Of a stretch of 64,000 nucleotides of DNA, positions 60,066 through 64,000 are shown one piece after another. The stretch is from Pseudobdellovibrionaceae bacterium (GTDB lineage Bacteria; Bdellovibrionota; Bdellovibrionia; Bdellovibrionales; Bdellovibrionaceae), in the NCBI GenBank assembly GCA_043720615.1, contig JAYSSI010000034.1, positions 10,833 through 74,832 of the forward strand, written 5' to 3'. A program made the position numbers and the translations under genes. Each line of letters starts with the position of its first letter. Position 1 is the stretch's first letter. Below the pieces are notes generated by a model that saw nothing but the letters and a program-made list of their open reading frames with translations, did not search any database and was not told where the DNA came from.

Positions 60066-60312
60066 CCGTGCCATCCTTGTTTGTTTTTTAGAGGAGGATC
60101 TACTAAGAAGCGCGCACCATCCTAGTTTACGCTCCCCCTCCTCCGCCGGGCATCCATGCCCTCTTGTATTAAAGACAGCCGACTTTGCCGGTGCGGTTAA
60201 AAGGAAAACGTCGAGTTTAAAAAGATTCTTAGCTGGATTAAGATAGCTTTAAGGTCGAAAAGTTCTAGACCCTTGCAAATGATTCTGATATTTCAATGGT
60301 AATTCAAATTAT

Positions 60313-60398
60313 GCCCGGGTGGCGAAATGGTAGACGCACTAGCTTGAGGTGCTAGCGATCGCAAGGTCGTGCTGGTTCAAGTCCAGTCCCGGGCACCA
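60313..60398 (+). tRNA. tRNA-Leu (anticodon GAG), CCA encoded
   Basis: Hand-folded. Acceptor GCCCGGG/CCCGGGC, 3-bp D stem GCG/CGC, anticodon stem CTAGC/GCTAG with loop TTGAGGT, long variable arm CGATC-GCAA-GGTCG, T arm GCTGG-TTCAAGT-CCAGT, discriminator A and CCA. Confidence 0.9.
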
Positions 60399-60707
60399 AA
60401 TCCAACAGTACTCGAACCCACACGGTTCGGACTGAATGGAAGCAGTTTTCCTTCTTTTGATTCGTTTAAAATTTCCCCATCAGTTCCAGTTGGAGCATAA
60501 ATTCCCATTTTTATCTTTGTCGGATGAATTTCTACGAACTTAATTAAATTGTTTAAGATTGATCGCTGTTTATCACCAGTCACTTGATCTAGGTTCTCTA
60601 TGGTTCGCTTAATTTTTTCTTTTAAAGCATTAGGGCCTGTTGAAAAAGTCTTGGCGCATATTGGCTGGAATCTTCCTGCATGATTATATTGGTTTTGAGG
60701 AAATCAC

Positions 60708-61049
60708 ATGCAAGGACAGCATCATTACCAGCCAGAATTATTTAGCCAAATCGATTTTGAGAACTTAATTCCTAAAAATCATCTGCTACGAAGAATTGAT
60801 CAGGTGTTAGATTTATCGTTTTTAAGAAATTTGACGGCACCACTTTACGTAAGTGAAAAAGGTCGTCCATCGATTGATCCAGAAATCTTTGTGCGCATGA
60901 TTTTACTGGAATATCTTTATAACATTAATTCTGACCGACAACTGTGCGAGGAAATTAGTTACAATTTGGCCTACCGTTGGTTTTGTAAATTATCTTTAAC
61001 CGATAAAGTTCCGGATCATTCATCCATTCGTCTGGTACTAGAAAAATAG
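60708..61049 (+). mobile_element. Truncated IS1182/IS5-type transposase gene (N-terminal ~113 codons only)
   Basis: MQGQHHYQPELFSQIDFENLIPKNHLLRRIDQVLDLSFLRNLTAPLYVSEKGRPSIDPEIFVRMILLEYLYNINSDRQLCEEISYNLAYRWFCKLSLTDKVPDHSS matches the transposase InsH N-terminal (DUF772) region. The DDE catalytic part is absent. Confidence 0.75.
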
Positions 61050-61065
61050 AGGTAGTAAGATGCCA

Positions 61066-61308
61066 TTATCCTGCTTTGACCTTCATGGCTTTCTCTAGCT
61101 TTTCAAGGCGCTTTTCTAAAGAGTTCTCTAGACCTTCTTTAAGTTTAATTTGCATTAAGGTCTGATATCCAATGCCAAACTTTTCAGCTTCCTCTCGGTA
61201 AGCATTAAGCAGTTCGCTTGAAACACGAATCGTAATGTTCGCTTTGATATTTTCTGGTTTCAAATCTTCATCAGTCAGAAGATTTTTCAGTTCTTTAGTC
61301 TTCTTCAT
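61066..61308 (-). CDS. BrnA/CopG-like RHH antitoxin (orphan)
   Basis: Start taken at the Met at 61308, which is preceded by GGAGG. ...LKPENIKANITIRVSSELLNAYREEAEKFGIGYQTLMQIKLKEGL is a BrnA-type pattern (.itiRld.dvl..fk......GyQT.in..L.e). Confidence 0.6.
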   Translation of the reverse strand: MKKTKELKNLLTDEDLKPENIKANITIRVSSELLNAYREEAEKFGIGYQTLMQIKLKEGLENSLEKRLEKLEKAMKVKAG

Positions 61309-61436
61309 GGTAATGCCTCCATTCATTCATCAAGACGTCTTTGTTGCGAATCACTTCTTGCGTCGCAATTTCAATAATTACAAATATCCCTGGCCCCACA
61401 CAATGAACCAATGATAAAGATTGTAGGCATAATTGC

Positions 61437-61465
61437 ATTATACATACAAAGCACATATATGTCAA
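61437..61465 (-). promoter_or_regulatory. Consensus sigma70-type promoter on the minus strand (TTGACA-17-TATAAT) reading toward the BrnA-like gene
   Basis: On the plus strand, tgtcaa lies at 61460..61465 and attata at 61437..61442, with exactly 17 nt between them. Confidence 0.55.
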
Positions 61466-61524
61466 ATTTAACGTTTTGGAGAAGGTCAAAATTTCTCAAT
61501 TTGAGACAGTCTTAATCAACTTGC

Positions 61525-61552
61525 AACATGATATCATTTTTGATATCATGTT
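61525..61552 (+). promoter_or_regulatory. Perfect 12-bp inverted repeat AACATGATATCA-N4-TGATATCATGTT overlapping a TTGCAA-17-TATCAT promoter; candidate HicB operator
   Basis: The arms are at 61525..61536 and 61541..61552. The -35 TTGCAA is at 61521..61526 and the -10 TATCAT at 61544..61549. The hicA ATG is at 61557. Confidence 0.5.
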
Positions 61553-61556
61553 AACT

Positions 61557-61775
61557 ATGAGTAAGACCGAGAAGCTCTTAGCAAAGCTAACAAACAGAAC
61601 AATCTCGGCTCAAGAAGTGAGAACTCTTTTGGGTCAGGTAGGATGGACCTTGGCTAGACAAAAGGGATCTCACGAACAGTGGTTGAAAAACGGTAAGGTG
61701 ATAACTCTTGCGACCCACACAAAAGATTTTAAGCCGTACCAAATAAAACAGATCTCGAAAGCATTGGAGGAATAA
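61557..61775 (+). CDS. hicA: HicA-family mRNA interferase toxin
   Basis: From Met28 of the track ORF: MSKTEKLLAKLTNRTISAQEVRTLLGQVGWTLARQKGSHEQWLKNGKVITLATHTKDFKPYQIKQISKAL (72 aa, with the KGSH motif). Confidence 0.85.
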   Translation: MSKTEKLLAKLTNRTISAQEVRTLLGQVGWTLARQKGSHEQWLKNGKVITLATHTKDFKPYQIKQISKALEE

Positions 61776-62137
61776 TGGCACTGCCTAAAAAAGTAAAAGA
61801 GCTGATTCCCTACTACTCTTATAATATCCATTACTCGGATGAAGACGAAGCTTTCGTTGTATCGGTCACCGAGCTGGCCGGCTGCATGACTCATGGGGAT
61901 TCTGCTGCGCACGCACTAGAGATGGCACACGAAGCGGTCGAGGGACATCTCGAAGTTTTGATAGCCCAGAAGCAGGGAATACCAGAACCCATTTCAAAAA
62001 TAAAAGCGAGCGGTGATTTTCTAGTTAGAAGTAACCCTGAGCTGCATCAGAAGCTAATTCGCAGATCTCACGAAGAAGGGTATAAAAGCTTGAATAAATT
62101 CGTGGTCGATAAACTGGAAGAGATCGTAGAAAAATAA
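61775..62137 (+). CDS. hicB: HicB-family antitoxin (HicB N-domain plus C-terminal RHH-like DNA-binding part)
   Basis: YSYNIHYSDEDEAFVVSVTELAGCMTHGDSAAHALEMAHEAVEGHLEVL...FLVRSNPELHQKLIRRSHEEGYKSLNKFVVDKL. TAATG overlap with hicA. Confidence 0.85.
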   Translation: MALPKKVKELIPYYSYNIHYSDEDEAFVVSVTELAGCMTHGDSAAHALEMAHEAVEGHLEVLIAQKQGIPEPISKIKASGDFLVRSNPELHQKLIRRSHEEGYKSLNKFVVDKLEEIVEK

Positions 62138-62153
62138 GATTAACCGGACTCGT

Positions 62154-62214
62154 GGAGAACGTTCTCCAATCGGGAGAACAAGCTTTGAGAACGCAGATCA
62201 TGCTCTCGGAGAAC
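62154..62214 (+). repeat. Cluster of GGAGAAC motifs: a 14-bp perfect palindrome GGAGAACGTTCTCC plus three further direct (G)GAGAAC copies
   Basis: Palindrome at 62154..62167, GGAGAAC at 62173..62179, GAGAAC at 62187..62192 and GGAGAAC at 62208..62214. All lie in the hicB-methyltransferase intergenic region. Confidence 0.6.
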
Positions 62215-62379
62215 GGTTCGAAAGTTGTCCCTTTGGGGGCACCATTCAAAAGTTGTATTTCATAAGCCAAGCCCTGCCATCGAAGTTCCATACAAGCTTG
62301 ATTTTTTTGAGCCAGCGGTCGGCACGCTAAAATATGTGAAGGGCTTTGAGATAACTTGGCATTTGAAAAGGAGTAGTTA

Positions 62380-63147
62380 GTGAAGGAATGGTGGAAAGAT
62401 TTTTTTGTTCCCGTAATAGGCGAAATCATGTTTCAGCCGCGAACGGAACAGTCGCAAAATGAAGTTAACGAAATTATTAAAAACACAAAACTTCAAAAGC
62501 AGGCAAAGATCCTCGATCTTGCCTGCGGAGTTGGCAGGCACTCAGTTTTATTTGCCAAATTGGGTTTTAATGTTGTTGGTCTTGATTTCTCAAAAAACTA
62601 TCTGGCGGAAGCCAGAAAATCAGCCATGAAAACGAAATCAGAAGTTAAATTCATTCGTGGTGATATGAAAAATCTGCGGCCACATTTTGAGTCATCAAGC
62701 TTTGACCTAGTTGTCTCTCTTTACAATAGCTTCGGATACTTCGAGACTCGGAATGAAGATCTTCGGATGCTTAGGGAAGCATATCGAGTTCTCAAGCCAG
62801 GTGGAAAATTTGTCATCAACACACTCAATGGGAATGGAGTGAAGGCAGCACTTACAAAACCCGTGTCGATTGGTCGAGAACCTATAAAAAATGTTTTTAT
62901 GATTGATGCCGCGAGATTTGACCAAAACAGGCGACAAACGCAATCGCAGTGGACTGTTGTTGACGTGAGAAAATCTAAAACCAAGATTCACAGAATGTCT
63001 TTTCAACAGAATGTATATTCTCATCAAGAACTTAAAGCCGCGTTGAAAAAGGCTGGATTCAAGATTGAAACGACTTGGGGATTGCTTCAGGGTGGATCTT
63101 TTGATCCTTCGAAGACATGGCATCAAACTATTTTGGCCAAGAAGTAG
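62380..63147 (+). CDS. Class I SAM-dependent methyltransferase
   Basis: Motif I ILDLACGVGRHS, then VVGLDFS and a post-I/II pattern (VVSLYNSFGYF, LKPGGKFVI). GTG start with AGGAG 7 nt upstream. Confidence 0.85.
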   Translation: MKEWWKDFFVPVIGEIMFQPRTEQSQNEVNEIIKNTKLQKQAKILDLACGVGRHSVLFAKLGFNVVGLDFSKNYLAEARKSAMKTKSEVKFIRGDMKNLRPHFESSSFDLVVSLYNSFGYFETRNEDLRMLREAYRVLKPGGKFVINTLNGNGVKAALTKPVSIGREPIKNVFMIDAARFDQNRRQTQSQWTVVDVRKSKTKIHRMSFQQNVYSHQELKAALKKAGFKIETTWGLLQGGSFDPSKTWHQTILAKK

Positions 63148-63250
63148 ACGAGGGGCAAATGAGGTTAGTTCATCAAGTGGACGCTGTCCCAACTGAAAAT
63201 CAATTGCTGTCCCTCATCACGGGCCTCTTTAAGGGATATGCTAGCCATCT

Positions 63251-63388
63251 ATGAAGCAAATACCATTTATCCGCATCAATTTTGAACTGACTAAGAAGCC
63301 CAACGCTAAAGCAATTGTTGATGCAGTAAAGAGTGAAGTTGAGAGAGGCCAGTTTCCTTCTGGATCAAAACTACCGATGCACTCATAG
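63251..63388 (+). pseudogene. Possible N-terminal fragment of a GntR/MocR-type wHTH regulator (45 codons)
   Basis: My translation is MKQIPFIRINFELTKKPNAKAIVDAVKSEVERGQFPSGSKLPMHS*. It resembles the 'Qiy..lr.aI..G.l..G.kLPs' start of GntR-family proteins. The sequence after the stop does not continue the family pattern. Confidence 0.3.
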
Positions 63389-63806
63389 GTCTTAATACTC
63401 TGTATTTCATCTTTATATCTCCTTATCTATGTGGCCTTTTTATCCATGTCGATAGCCTTAAGAGCTGCCAATGAAAAAAGTGGTTCACGATCAAAACTTT
63501 GAAAGATTATTCCAGACTCAAAGCCACTACTATGAGTTCGACTGTACATGCCTCTAATATCCAATATAACATAAATAACAGACTTGATATCAAAGTTACG
63601 CTCCCTAACTCAAACACTCAGATTCAGGTTCTTTGAAGTTAATTTAATAATCATATGAGATCACCACATAAAAATATACCGGCTAAAATCTTGTTTTGCG
63701 CCACAATGCTTGAAAAGTAGATCAGTTTAATTCCTTAGCCTGGCTCGACAATCGTCATGGCTTGAGTAGATGGACTCCCCTTATAAAAAGAAGATAGAAT
63801 TGTGAG

Positions 63807-64000
63807 ATGCTTAAAACCCTAATAGTGACCTCGGCACTGACATTTGTGCCTGAAAATTACGATCGTATGATTGGCCCCATGGCTCAACATCCTAGCGTGG
63901 TGGGTTTGCTTGTTTTAGAAAATCGCAGTGCGATTTATTTAATTAAGGCTCTTTTTTTGATTCTGTCTTTGTCAGCTCCTCGCATGGGAATAACTTTGAT
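63807..64000 (+). CDS. Hypothetical ORF running off the right window edge
   Basis: ATG at 63807: MLKTLIVTSALTFVPENYDRMIGPMAQHPSVVGLLVLENRSAIYLIKALF... is open to the window end. No function assigned. Confidence 0.25.
   Translation, partial: MLKTLIVTSALTFVPENYDRMIGPMAQHPSVVGLLVLENRSAIYLIKALFLILSLSAPRMGITL

Noticed and set aside
60040-60100. preQ1-I riboswitch upstream of queA. The minus-strand RNA reads ...CCUCCUCUAAAAAACAAACAAGGA, reminiscent of the CCCUCUAUAAAAAACUAAGG tail of the B. subtilis aptamer.
   Set aside because: The required 5' P1 partner (AGAGG) about 12-17 nt upstream is absent. The only complement (GAGGAGG) lies about 40 nt away, which is incompatible with the compact preQ1-I fold. 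Also, queA is not a usual preQ1-regulated gene.
60088-60200. GC-rich element as 4.5S/SRP RNA, a tmRNA or RNase P fragment, or a fluoride or guanidine riboswitch.
   Set aside because: It lacks the conserved cores I remember: the GGAAGCAGC SRP motif, the tmRNA tRNA-like ends, the fluoride GGCGAUGG...CUGAUGA pattern and the guanidine-II ACGR loops. It is left unassigned.
60413-60429. Hairpin CGAACC-CACAC-GGTTCG just after tRNA-Leu, considered as a terminator or att core.
   Set aside because: No T-run follows it and no second copy was found in the window.
60377-60583. 68-aa minus-strand ORF. The open frame extends further upstream to about 60680.
   Set aside because: Its 3' end overlaps the tRNA-Leu gene. 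It has no start context or recognisable motif and is probably a chance ORF or an unidentifiable relic.
62025-63192. Minus-strand ORFs 62025..62429, 62707..63192 and 62721..62984.
   Set aside because: They are antisense to hicB and the well-supported methyltransferase gene or span intergenic DNA, and have no motifs.

Overview
AT-rich (roughly 40% G+C by eye) bacterial chromosomal window. About 53 kb in the middle (7-60 kb) is ordinary core genome. It carries a long minus-strand block queA-tgt-yajC-secD-secF-recJ-(small basic protein)-queC-like-(DUF366-like). It also carries htpG, sohB, an Opp/Dpp-type ABC operon in the order ATPase-ATPase-SBP-permease-permease, tatA, greA, an NrnA-like DHH phosphoesterase, a photolyase/cryptochrome, a CDF transporter, a heme A synthase-like protein, a Na/Pi cotransporter, a DEAD-box helicase, an OmpA-like protein and a PhoD-like phosphatase. 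The many signal-peptide proteins, HExxH hydrolases and PilZ/cyclase signalling fit a Bdellovibrio-like or Oligoflexia-type proteobacterium, but that is inference only. Both ends are accessory. The left end (1-7 kb) has an integrase fragment at the window edge, then a uniformly plus-oriented run of three canonical type II TA pairs (VapBC, RHH-MazF, RelBE-like). It also has a 130-bp direct repeat that duplicates the 3' end of a membrane-protein gene, and two neighbouring genes each interrupted by one in-frame TAG. The right end (60.3-64 kb) starts at tRNA-Leu(GAG) and holds a truncated IS1182/IS5-type transposase, an orphan BrnA-like antitoxin behind a consensus promoter, hicAB, a SAM methyltransferase, a GGAGAAC repeat cluster and gene fragments. 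I saw no rRNA, CRISPR array or intact IS, and no convincing multi-gene defence system. The best leads are single-gene or cis-element oddities: a CHASE2-cyclase-PilZ fusion, a secreted protein with ActA-like (D/E)FPPPP repeats, a cluster of secreted gluzincin-like paralogues, a terminator-containing structured leader upstream of queA, and a divergent QueC-like/DUF366-like pair. All family assignments come from motif recognition by eye. No searches were run.
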